Assembly: GCF_009914755.1 (NCBI RefSeq)
Contig: NC_060928.1
Length of the DNA: 64,000 bases
Reading direction: 5' to 3' (one strand)
Origin: the human T2T-CHM13v2.0 reference genome, Homo sapiens
Position numbers and translations under genes: made by a program. Under the pieces are notes generated by a model, which saw only the letters and a list, made by a program, of their open reading frames with translations, made no database searches and had not been told where the DNA came from. How positions within the stretch are numbered: position 1 is the stretch's first letter; the number at the start of each line of letters is the position of its first letter. Below, piece by piece: positions 13,059-25,927 of the stretch.

Positions 13059-15342
13059 CTAAGGCAGAAAGACAAGTCTACATAAATAAAATTGCTCTTT
13101 ATTTATGCATTTTAACAATTAAGCAATAGCACAACAGTAGCTATAAATTCTTTCCAGCATTAATAGACTTTTTGTAGCTTTATCATGCAAAATACAAGCT
13201 AGAACTTGAACTGAAACTATTGTTTGTGGTTGATAGTTTACATGCAATGAAAAGCAGGAAATTCAAAGTTAAGACTGTTAAAGAAATCTTATTTAATTTT
13301 CTGGCTCATGTCAGGTAAAACTAACTATACAGAAATACGGCCTAATTTGGGGAAGGGGGCTGCAGATGAAACCACAATACAGACGTTAAAACAAGCCTTT
13401 TAACAAACACTTCTGCTGTCTAATACAAAACATGATTTCTTAAAGCTCACATATATATTGCAGTATGCCTTTCAAGGAAAGAGCTTCTTGATAAAAAAAT
13501 GCTCCAAATGAAAGACTAGCAATTTTATTCTGGGAGAAAAATATTAAATTATTTAACTTAAAGTAAAGGAAGCCCAACTCCAAACCAATGTATAGGTTGT
13601 ACTACTTTGGCTTTAAACATTGCTATGTTCTACAAAAACCTAGCTACAATACACACTGAGGGAAAACATAGTAAGACAAAACAATTCAATGTTTTTCATA
13701 GAATTTATCTTTGAATTTCCTTTTCTCTGCATGCAAAGTTTTCCAGAGAAGCATTACCCATAAGTTTTTACCTACTTTAGATTTAAACCACCACCAACAA
13801 AACACCACCAACAAAAAAATCAAATGCTGAAAACAGTATTCTCTCACATATACAGAGGTTACATTCAAATAAATGTCTTCGCTGGATTTGAATGTGCAGT
13901 TATTGAAATAAAAGGCAGGTGGGTTTATTTCAACTTGCGGTTATCCAGATACATGCATTCCCATGAATACTTATGTCTGGATACTAGCACACTATGTGCC
14001 GTTAATTGGCAGAGAAAATGACGTATTATATACACACAACATAATGTTTTCACACATAAATTCCTTTGGCATTTCTTCACTTTACAAACACTTACATAGT
14101 ACTCAGAAATATTACACACATTAAGAATTTTAAAAGTTGGAAGAATATCTATAAAAACCTTTTCAAGATAAAAACTTTCTCATAAAACTTTTATGGTAAA
14201 AATTTTTTTTAAGTAATTAGGTACCACGAGGTAATGCTTTTGAAAGGTTATAATTATCTATAAGTTGTAATTCAAAGATCAGACTTTTTATATAAAACTA
14301 ACTTTATGAGCCATCAACATAATAGCCTACTAGCAATTCGATCAAATTTTCATGTGAATTTTAATAATACAAAAGCAATGCTAAGGCACTGATTTTAAAA
14401 ATGTACATGAAGAAAAGAATGTGATAACGTGAAACTTTCTTGTCAACTCTGTTGTAACCTGTATTTCAGACTAAATCCTGAATACAAGGGCTAGAAAATG
14501 TAATATGATAAGATGGAAAGCCAAAATACTTCTTTGGAATGAGGCTTTCATCAACTGTCCGAGGGGGCAGCAACTAGAAAACTGTTAATGCTTGTTCTAT
14601 CCTTTCCTCCATTAGTTTGAATAATCGAGAGTTGACTGTATACTCAATCTGCTTAGCAAAAGTCAGGTTTGTTTCCAAAATTCCTCAGTGTAAAAGGATA
14701 ACAATATTTTAGAATTATTTCCAGTATTTAATTTTAATTGAAATGATTTAAAAACAATGTCAATTAAGCATTATTTAATAGATTCTTTATTCATACCTAA
14801 ATCAGTATCTGAGATGTAGAACTAATGCTAAGCTACTTTTTAAAAATTGTGCAAAATAAACAAACCTACTAATAGTATACATTAATGATATCTAATTCTC
14901 TAGTTACATAATCTATGCCACTTTAATATCATTTGGTGATAGTTATAAATTAACACTGGTATTTGCCTCATGTAAACATCATAAAAATACACTGTTAGCC
15001 ATATTCTGTTTTATAAAAAACACATTTTGAGAATTTTATATCTAATCTAACCTCAGTTCTCCCAAATCAATCAAATACATAGAAGCAGTCATGAGCACAA
15101 AGAATTTTAAATTCAATCCTGAAAATTGGGAACATAGATTGAAATAAGCCAACTCTATTGGTTTTATGAGGAAAAGAGGCATCAGGTTCAAGCTTGGGAT
15201 TCCTTTGGAGAGGAAGGTTACTTTAGAAGGGCTACCAAAGTGAATGGTAAAGGAATAACAAATACAAAAAGACATGAGAACAGATTATAACTGTCTCTAA
15301 TAAGCAAGCTGTAAGTCACCCAAATTCTTATCTTCTTATGTA

Positions 15343-15423
15343 TTAGGTTGGTGCGAAAGTGATTGCGGTTTTTGCCATTAAAAGTAATGTCAAAAAACCG
15401 CAATCACTTTCGCACCAACGTAC
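15343..15423. mobile_element. MADE1 (Hsmar1-derived mariner MITE)
   Basis: About 80-bp palindrome ttaggttggtgcgaaagtgattgcggtttttgccatt...aaaaaccgcaatcactttcgcaccaac, preceded by TA. Confidence 0.95.
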
Positions 15424-16929
15424 AATTAAATACAAAAAAATACCACAGCATGAGGTCTGTTGAATAACTACATATTTGTTTAGTAAGTGGTATAAACATT
15501 TTTAAAAATAAAATTTTAGAAGAATGGTACAGAGAAACTCCTAGACCACATAGCATATCAGTGACTAGTCAGGACTAGAACTCTGAGCAGTGTGTATGTG
15601 CATGGACATCTGTGCAGTGTCTCACATGCAAAGGAAATCATTAGTCTAGATATATATATATATAGTATTCTAAAGAAGGAAGGTTGTAGCTCAGTATAGT
15701 CTACAAAATTGACTATAAAAGTTTCCAATTTTGGGTGTCACATTTTATAAGGCATACTGACAAATTAGGACTTATCTGGATAAAGGAAATCAAGACCTGG
15801 TGAGATCGTTGAAGGCTGTAGAATTCATGTTATGTAAGAAAGAGCGGAGGGACATAGGAGTATTAGGCCAGAGAAGAAGATATACTTAGGAAAGAAGAAA
15901 AGATTAAGACTTTAGGATATCTAAAAGACTGTGTCACAAGGAAAAAGGAAAAGATGTGTGTGGTTGTAGTGAAGATATTAAGCTCTTTTGGGGGGCTATG
16001 GACCCTTTTGAGTACTAGGAAAGTCACAGAACTTCTTCCCAGAATAATGCACATACACATTTTTTAAAACAGAAATAGAGTTCCATCTAAGGACTGCAGG
16101 TTACAAATCCTTATCCTAGATGAGTATAGATGTAAAGTCAGGAAATCTCAATTATAGGCAGACAGATTAGTACCACATAAGGAAGGGAATGCTTGTAACT
16201 TTAGTTGAGCTGTTCAAAGACCAATCATTTGTCTTTGCTTGATTCAATTTTGTTGTTGTTGTTGTTGTTCTTACATTTTCAAAATAAGATTAAGCTTCAA
16301 ACTCAGAACTACTTAAATTTGACCGTTTAATCTATACACATTTTAACTCCCATTTGCAACTCTGTTCAACTTTTAGAATTATCTAAATTGTTGCAGTCAT
16401 AATGTAGTTCCTTTTTATTTGCATGTGGGGAGAATTCTAAGATAGTTTTGTCAGATAACTCTGAGATGAATCATGATGGTGTTAGTACTATCATGGGCTG
16501 AAACCATCATGATTAATCTCAGATACCTCCAAGCATAGAGATCAGCTCCTGTCAGGTGAAAGGAAACTACTGGCCAAAATATATTTTTAAAAAATAGTTT
16601 TAAAGGATAGTTACAGTGGGGTAAATAAAATTCCTCTTATTAAAATAGATATTAGGCCTCATATTTCTTGGGAAAATAAACTGGTAAATAATGTCCATGC
16701 TACTAATTAAAAATTTCCTAGTCATTTGATTTTTTTAAAAAAGTATCCAATTCACTTTACATTTAGATAGAAAGATGAATGCCTATAAGACTAGCTTGTA
16801 AAATAGATATATGTATATCTGTGCATATTTACATATATGCATCTGCTTTAAAATATTTTTTAAAACATGAAGCAATACATTAAAATTGTCCACATTTTAT
16901 TTTTGAAACATATTAAACACAAGGTGTGA

Positions 16930-18030
16930 TATGCAAGGTATTCAGTGATAGACACTGAGTAGTGTAACACAGAGTTTTGCCCTAAGAAAATTTAAAGTTT
17001 ATCTGTGGCAATGAGACACATACATAAACATCTAGAATACACACGTGCCAAGGTACATCAATAATACATGGCAGTAGAAGAAAACCTAAATGAATGCTTA
17101 TGAAAAGTAAGTGTTTCAGAGTTCAATGAAAGGAAAAGTCACTATGGGATAGGACGTTTGGATAAGGTTTCCTGCTAGAGATTAGACTGAAGTATTGTAA
17201 GGGGTTTAGACAAGGAATTTAAGGGGTTTAGACAGCTCTGAATGAGGGGAACACTGGAGAAGAATGTTCCAGTTAATACTGTATTATATGAGCAAAAGTA
17301 ATATATAATTTTTAAAGACTATTTTTAGGAAGGCAGGGGAAATATTTTGGGTTGGAGAGTAAATGTACAACCAGACTATGACAGTGACAGAAATAGTGCT
17401 GAATTTTAGGGTAAGAAGTTTATTCTCTATCCTAAATCTAACTGGAAGCCTCTGAAGGCTTTTAAACCTGATGAAGCAATGGGCTATAATGTGAATTTGG
17501 CAGCAATATAAAGATAAATAATGAAAGAAAAATTAGATAGTGGGCTATTCAGCGGAGCACTCACTTAAAAAATAAAAATAAATAGATAGCGGGCTATACA
17601 ACTGTATATGTTACATATATGTTACATATATGAAAATAACTTGATAAATATGCTGACTATCAAGCCATGTGACAGTGAAAAGTGAAAGACAGCTGATGGT
17701 TCTGGCTTAGATGAAGAGGGAAATGACTGACAGAAAAATGATGGACAGGTCAAAAAAAGTCAAAGAGGGTGTTGATTTGAAGAAAACAGTGATGAGTTAG
17801 CTTTTAGACATGTTGAATTTTAGGTGATGACAGATATAACTAGAAAGGCATAGTAGGCAGTTGGTAATGTAATAGGATATATTTTAAAAGTGAGGGTTGA
17901 AGATATAGATTCAGGATCTTGGATAAGAAGGATTAGTAAGGGAGTAATGAAGAGAATGATAGAATAATGTTCCAGAAGCCAAGAGCCTTCGAGTTAAAGA
18001 ACAGGGTGTCTAGTGCAATTATGCAGTATG
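16930..18030 (-). mobile_element. L2 remnant
   Basis: Purine-rich tract with the L2 signature gatgagttagcttttagacatgttgaattttaggtg. Confidence 0.6.
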
Positions 18031-19423
18031 ATGGAAAGAGCACCATTTTTAGGACAGGGACCAAGCCATGGTTCTGCAACTTAATGATGATATGAACATA
18101 AACAATCTACACAATCTTCCTGAGCCTCAGTTTCCTAATCAGTAAAAATCTCAGTGGGCTAAGTGCATAGCAAAAGGAACACAGCTAGTTTTCTTTTTCT
18201 TTCAAATAGCTGAAGGATACTAGAATAGGAAGAGGGCACTGAGTTTGGTGACTGGGAGGAAAGAAGTGACTTTCAAGAGGTCTCTTTCCACACTGTAGCA
18301 GAGGCTGAAATCCAAGAAGAAAACAAAAGAATGAGCTCAAGGTAAGGAAACTGAGTATTGTCCACTCACTTGAAAAATATATTAGTACAAAGGAGGAAAA
18401 AATGGCAAAATTAAAGGGAAAAAAGAGAAAGTATTTTTTTTTCAAGATAATTATGACCTACTCATGTTAGAAGACAAAAAGAGAGGTCAATGCAGACAGG
18501 AAAAGACTGATGTGCGGGAGATTTTGCTGCAGGGGCAGCAAAGCCGATAAAAAGAGAGCAGGGGAAAGGTCTGAAAATACTGCTGGAGTTTATAATGATT
18601 AGCCTGGGGGACAGCACAGTAGCACCGGCTCAGAGACAGCTACAGTAAGAAAGTGAAAAGCAGAAAACAAAGAACATGTTGGTTTCTTTCTTAGGTCTAT
18701 CTGGGGAGCATTGGAAAAGAGAGGGCTGATTTGGATTCTTGGGCAAAGTGGTGAAGATTTCTATCAACAACGATGCAGGATATGACTGGATATGACTGGG
18801 AATTCACTAGGAATAAACTAAAGGAGTGCCAAGCAGCAGTGAGAATCTAGGTGAAGTTAATGTGAATTCAGCCCATCTCTTGTTAAGGTTAAGCAAAATC
18901 TACCATACATATGTTCAGAATCAGTAAATATATATTTGGGAACAGAGTGAATTCTAGAAAATTAGACATGCAAAGCCAAATGAAAAAGTACTGATAATTG
19001 GTACTGAAAGTACTGTCTACTGCCACAGACACCTGGCACACACATTGTGTAACAGTTGGTATCAATAAAAGTTACATGATGTTTTGTTTTGTTTTATTGG
19101 TGTCACTAATAAAACAAAACTGTCACATACTAGGGAGTACCTTTAATTTTTTTCCTAAAGAACAACATAGTAAAGAAATTTAGAAAAAAATTTGATTTAG
19201 CAAGTTTTGTTCAATTTCGTCCTTGTATAAAATGTAAAATCTAGTACAATGGCCACTACTTTTCAGGTCATCAAACTGCCCTTAGACCATTATATAATAG
19301 AAAGCCAATTGGATACTGCATTTAATTTTCTTTTAAAAAAACATTTTGAAGACTTTAAAAATAGTAATACTTAAACAATATAGCTCAATCTAGATTTCTA
19401 ACTTTTCTTTCAACATGATAACC

Positions 19424-19521
19424 AATATATTATTTTTCAAGTATACATTTTAACCACAGTGAAACTAACTGAATATATTATTTTTCAAGTATACATTTGA
19501 GCACAATGAAACTTAAACTGA
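19424..19521. repeat. 48-bp tandem duplication (2 copies)
   Basis: aatatattatttttcaagtatacattt at both 19424 and 19472. Confidence 0.9.
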
Positions 19522-21939
19522 AATGTAACATTTTCAAACTGAAGATAATGTAAAAATTAAGTGACACAATATACGTTATTAATAGTAAAAATAATTGACA
19601 CATCTGCAGGTCAAATGGGAACATCCCCATTGTTTTGTTTGCAAATAGCAGCAGCAATGGTTAAGATGACTGCTCTGATACTATTTCTTCTTTTCTACAG
19701 TGTTTGAAGAATTGCTAAGGTAAATGTAAAATCTATTAATTTTTATCAGTCCAGAAGTTCTCATTCTCCCTATTTAAGCAGAGAACATGTGCTCTATAGT
19801 TAAGGGAGGGTGGGCCTCACAGAATGTGAATAATTGACAATATTTATCTGAGGATATTTATTATGCAAATAAAAAATCAACACCTTGCTTTTTGGCTGCG
19901 GTGAAATAAGCGCAGAAGATTTCTTAATTAGTATGTTTAAGACTAGGTGTCTATGTTTTTATCCTGTCATTTCATTTCTTTCTACCCACTAAATTTTGTA
20001 ATGTTTTCTGCTTTCTGTAATTTTCCATGACCTTCTATGTTTAACACTGACCTTGAGCACATACATAACAGAAATGTCACACATTGCTTTTATTAAGCTG
20101 CCTATAAATATAACAATAGTTATTCCTAATACAGTCACTAGATTCAAAGACTAAAGTAAAATCTATGCCCAGATTTTAAAAGTTGTCCTAGATAAAAAGA
20201 TTATAAGAGTACTAAGTTTTCCTCTCACTGAGGAACCCATAACTAGGCTATTCACCAGAAGGCTCTGTGTTACACAGAACTAAGAGGAAAGGGGGCAGTG
20301 AAAATTGGGAAAGAAATGTAAAGATAGTTTTGATGTCAGTTTTAAGTCTAAATAGCAGATTTCAGTCTCCTTTCTTCCAGAGCAAGAACAGAGAGCACAC
20401 ACTGTCCACACTGAAGTGGGAGAATTAACAGCTGTGAAGAGAGAGTGCCAGTATCCTGTAGCCAGTTTTCTCAGTTAGCTATGAAACATAATACCATATT
20501 TTGTCTGGAGGATAATGAAGAGTTTTGATTTTACATTTACCTTTCGTATAATATTAAACCAGTTTATGTATAAACATTGTTTGAATTGGCAAGGATTTCA
20601 GCTAGAATGATTTATGGAAGACTTTTCAACATATTAAAGAGCAGAATGCTGAGGAACTGCTAAGGACAGAGATATATACACCTGAAATTATCTGCAGTTA
20701 AAAGATGTCAACAGAAAATCCCACATAAAAGAGTGATGGTTTAAGGAAAATCTAAATAAAAATAACAATTCCCTCCAATGGAGTCCAGGGAAAACACAGA
20801 GGAGGTATAGGACAGGTCTTCCTGCTTATTTTTCAAGAGAGAAAAAGCAATGGCAAACAAAATAACATGAACCTAATTTTCTAAAGTTTTAAATAATTAA
20901 AAGCCCCTATTAATTTGTTCTAATAGCCTCAAACAGAAAAAGAACATCTGTGAATTCTAATATCCCCCAAAAGAACCACATTAGTGACTGGGATGGATCA
21001 ATATGATAGCTAAGAAAGTATTTCCTAAATAATAAATTACTACTATCAATTAAATGTAACAATCATTATTGTAATTATTATCAAAAAAGTTGCTGCTAGT
21101 TGAGTCACGCTTCTTGGAAAAGCCCCCTCTATCTCTAACCTGTCTCTATATTAGAAAAAGAAAGCATTCTAATCAAAATATGGAGATAAATCTCTATTAG
21201 GTTATGATTAATAATTGAAACTAATGAGAAAGTGACACATTTAACAATGATGCTAGCTAATTTAGAATTCTTGCTTTATAAGAATCACATACAAATACTG
21301 GATTTGCAATGTGCATATATACAACTGTTTAAATGACTAACCCATAAATACTAGTTTTATCATATTACCTAGATCTTAATATGTACATTTATAAATATAT
21401 TTTAACAGCTCTGAAACAGTTTTAAAGTAAACAACATTTTTAAAAAAAGTCTACTAGTAGACAAGCAAGTTGGGATTTACATGGTAGTTTCACTGCTAGC
21501 ACATGTATATACTTAATCATGTAACGTAAGTATCTGTTCATCCTGCCAACATTGTAGCCAAGACACATATTTTAATTTTAACATAACTCTGGACCCCTAA
21601 TTATTGCTTAAATGTCAAAAAGATTAAACTCAGCAGCACTACTGAAACAAAATGTTACTGTATATGCAAAAGATTGCATATACATGTCAGAAAATACAAT
21701 TAAAGACAAAGGGTATCATTTAAAGCTAGGAGATATTGATGTGACCAATACATACTTCATGAAGGACCATTCGTCAGGTGTCATATAGTTATCTACTAGA
21801 ATCCAAAAGTTCAAGAAGAGGAAGAACGTCAAGGCCTAGAACAGTGCCTGGTTCTTGGTATTTTAAGTTGTTGTAGTTGTACCTTTAGTATAAACATAGA
21901 GTTACAGTTTGGTGAACACTTAGAGGCATGTTTAACATG

Positions 21940-22075
21940 TCTTATTTCATTTAATCTTCACAAGAACACTGTTATAAGTATTATTACTGTCCCCATTTTA
22001 CAGATGGGGAAACTGAAGCACAGAGGTTAAATAACTTGCTCAGAGCCAACATTACATAAATTGTAAGTGGTAGAG
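21940..22075 (-). mobile_element. MIR
   Basis: Core ccccattttacagatggggaaactgaagcacagaggttaaataacttgc. Confidence 0.85.
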
Positions 22076-23805
22076 ATACTTAATAAATATTTGTTGAATG
22101 AATGTTTGAATCTACGTGTACAAAGCTTCCAGCTGACTTTCAAGACATGCTGTAAACTTCCAAGGATTATATAATTCAACCAAGGGAAAAATACAAAAAC
22201 AACCCCCTTCCATAAAATGTATAAGCTGGATCAAATATTAGCGGCAGATAAAACCCCAGCACACTTTGAAATACCTCAAGTTATAGATTCTCAAAGGTCA
22301 GAGTCACCAATCCAAATAATCCAAAGTAGCATATCACTTTGATGCTATATTTAACTGCTAACAACCAAAAGAGATTTACAGAAATCTTAGGAATTTTGTT
22401 ATAAAGAAGGCATCTCTCTAAAAACTTTATGATATAAAAGAAGAAAACGTTATATAGTTTTATGGATAAATGTACACTACAGTTAGCTGGTTTTAAAAAA
22501 TGCACTTAAGGTAGTGTTTCCTTCATACTCCCATATTTGAAAAGCTGAAAGTAAGTTGATGGATGTCTTACAATTGATGACATCCAAGAATTGAGGAAAT
22601 ATTATCCTTTGGGTTTCTGACACAATACTCATATTTTGAAGTGACATCTACTGTGACACTGGTAACAATTGCTAAATTCATGAAAGACATGTAGAGGCAG
22701 ACACCTTGGACATTAAAGCTGAGAACTTAAATCTAGAAGTAATATCAAGTTTCACTGAAACTGTGATCACAATAGATAAGGAAAAATATTTGGGAGGTAT
22801 CAAGAGGGTCAGGTAGTGTATGATGAGAAAATAAAAAGCAAACAGATTTTTCATTAAAATGCACTTAAAAAGCTCAATGTACCACTGTAAAGTCTCTAGT
22901 TACAATTACTTAAATTGCTAACAAAAGTAAAATTCAAATAAAAAATTGTTCATTGTAGCATATCATATTTTAATATTAAAAATTTAAAAATGTATCCTAG
23001 GATGAAGACATTTTCCACTAATTTCAGTTTTTACCCTAGACAATTCACACTCAATGATACAGCAAATTAGTAGTTCCCATAGCACACTGAATAAAACAAG
23101 AGCAAAATACATCAGGTGGTTTGATTGATGAATAAACTATGGAATATTCTAGGGCCTGAATCTCTTTTTCAACCAGATAAAGATTAGAAGAGGGCCTCGG
23201 AAATTTGTCTTTCTTTCAAGTTTCTAAAAGGTTTATTCCGAGTCCACAAACCTCCTCTGGGAACTGATTCTACACCACATGTTGGAGTGACTCTGGGAGA
23301 AAAGGGAAAAGGAGGGTGGCTGGGATAGAGTATGGTTAGGGTAAGGTGTAAACTAAAGTTGTCCTAAAAGGCAAAGGGTAAAGCTGCCTTCTTAACCATA
23401 AAATCACCTGATGGATTAGATTAAAAAGAGATGGATACATACACACATACACACATGCATATCCACACATACCATATTACTCTCAAAAAAAAGAAAATCA
23501 CCTCCAGTTTAGCACCATTTGACTAATTGTAGCTAGTCGCTTGAAGGTATTAAGTTGTCTAGGCAGAGGAAGAGGCTATTTAGTGTCTGAGAGGCATAAT
23601 TTTTCACTTTGACTCTAATGCTGATCAAGGAGAAGGAGCCTGCCATAAACTCCAGCATTTTAGCTCCTATGGGTAAACAGTTCTTACAGAGGGGGGAGCT
23701 ACTTAAGCCATATTTGGTGAGGGACTCCTCTCACTGTCATCTAGCTTCTTTTGCCCTGATTAAATTCCCTTCAGCAAATTTGGAGATAAATTGATCTGCT
23801 ACTGA

Positions 23806-24111
<306 letters not shown>

Positions 24112-24493
24112 TAGCAATGTTTATTTTTAAAAATTTGCATTGAGGATTACATCTCAAACTCCTAAGAGTCTGGATAATAATAATAGCAATAATACATCAA
24201 GATGTTTTTGGTTATAAACAACAGGAGACCTAGTTCAAAATAAAGGGATACATTTACTTCAAAAATAAAATTACCTTGTATAACAAGAAGTTCCAAACTA
24301 ATATGGCTCCAGGTTGTTGGGCTCACAGATAGCATCACAGACCCAATTCTTTCTTTCCAGTCTGCTATTCTTGGTAGGGTTACTAATACCCCTCATGGCT
24401 ACCAGATGGCTGCACATGGTCATGCCATTATATTCTCACATACCAATGCCTAGAGGTGTACATGACACATGTACTTGTGCATGTGAGTGCATG

Positions 24494-24520
24494 CACACAC
24501 ACACACACACACACACGCAC
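24494..24520. repeat. (CA)n microsatellite
   Basis: Read directly. Confidence 0.9.
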
Positions 24521-24565
24521 AGACAATACTACCTCTTTGTGTCTCTTTTTTAAACCTAAAAAATA

Positions 24566-24869
<304 letters not shown>

Positions 24870-25499
24870 TCAAGAGATAGATTACACGGATGCCATAAAA
24901 GCATCCTTCAAGGTGAATGGAGCTTGGAATAAAGAATCCATATTCAACTCTGGACCCTAGGAATGAGCCAGCCACACAACTGGTTGAGGTGCTTTCCCTA
25001 GTGAGGAGTCTAAATGGTGAGTTATAAGCCTTGGCCATGTAGGCCCAGTGTGATTTTTAAAAAATTACTTTTATCATAGGATATAGTGCCACTAGAAGGA
25101 ACCCCAAGACATCTCTTGAGTTCCACCTATATCCTTTTCTTTTGCCACACTGTGTAGTAGTATTTCCCTCTGGTTATCAGGCTTAACCACTTCAATCACA
25201 GCATAACCACCTCCCCTCCTATCCCGTCTTCCTCCCTTTTAAAATTTTGATATGTTTGCTTAGTAGCAGGAAGACCTAAACTGGCAAGAAGGTAGGGTCA
25301 GCTACCAACCAAATTGTTGTGCCACAGGTGCCAATGTTCCTCCTTTGGATACTAAGGCCTCTAACCCAGCAGAGACCAGAAACAAGGAAGGCTGAATCAC
25401 ATGTTTTAAGTGTATCACTAGTTAAAATGGCGTTACAGATGCTTGGATGCCTTAACAAAGGCCATTTCCCTGTTTTTCATTTCTTCTAGCATCCTAGCT

Positions 25500-25927
25500 G
25501 CAGTTGTTGAATTATAAGTCTAAGCCAATCATGTAATCTTTCTATTCTATTCGCTAGTGCTCTAGGGGTGCTCGTGTGATTCAATTATGTTCTATAAGAA
25601 ATGAGTAGAAGTACGCCAAAGGCTTCTCAAAAAGATTTTTCTCCCTAATAAGTATAAGGAATATGAGGAGAAAGCTTCTTTTTCTGCCTCTCTTTCTTTG
25701 TACTGGGGACACTATTATGGGGGAAGTGATATTTTGAGTTGTGGTAGCATCTTGCTATCAAGAGAGGGTGAAAGTCAACACACTCAGGTCCATCAAGAGA
25801 TCATCATCTCACTAAAGTAACTGGGATACCTGCATCCAGGACTCTTTTGAAGTAAACAAATGTAAAGGGTTTAAGTCACAGTTTAGGTTCTCTGTTCCTT
25901 GCAGCCAAAAACATCTTAGCTGATACA
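25500..25927 (+). mobile_element. MLT1-type MaLR LTR remnant
   Basis: Typical LTR end ttctctgttccttgcagccaaaaacatcttagctgataca and internal ctaagccaatca. Confidence 0.6.

Noticed and set aside
19863-19870. Octamer ATGCAAAT (also near 12502 and 41729)
   Set aside because: A few hits are expected by chance in 64 kb of AT-rich DNA; no snRNA-type PSE or gene nearby.
24396-24414. CTCF-like motif tggctaccagatggctgca (and a weaker one near 14556-14572)
   Set aside because: Mismatches at core positions, and the first lies in an MLT-like relic; not supportable without ChIP data.
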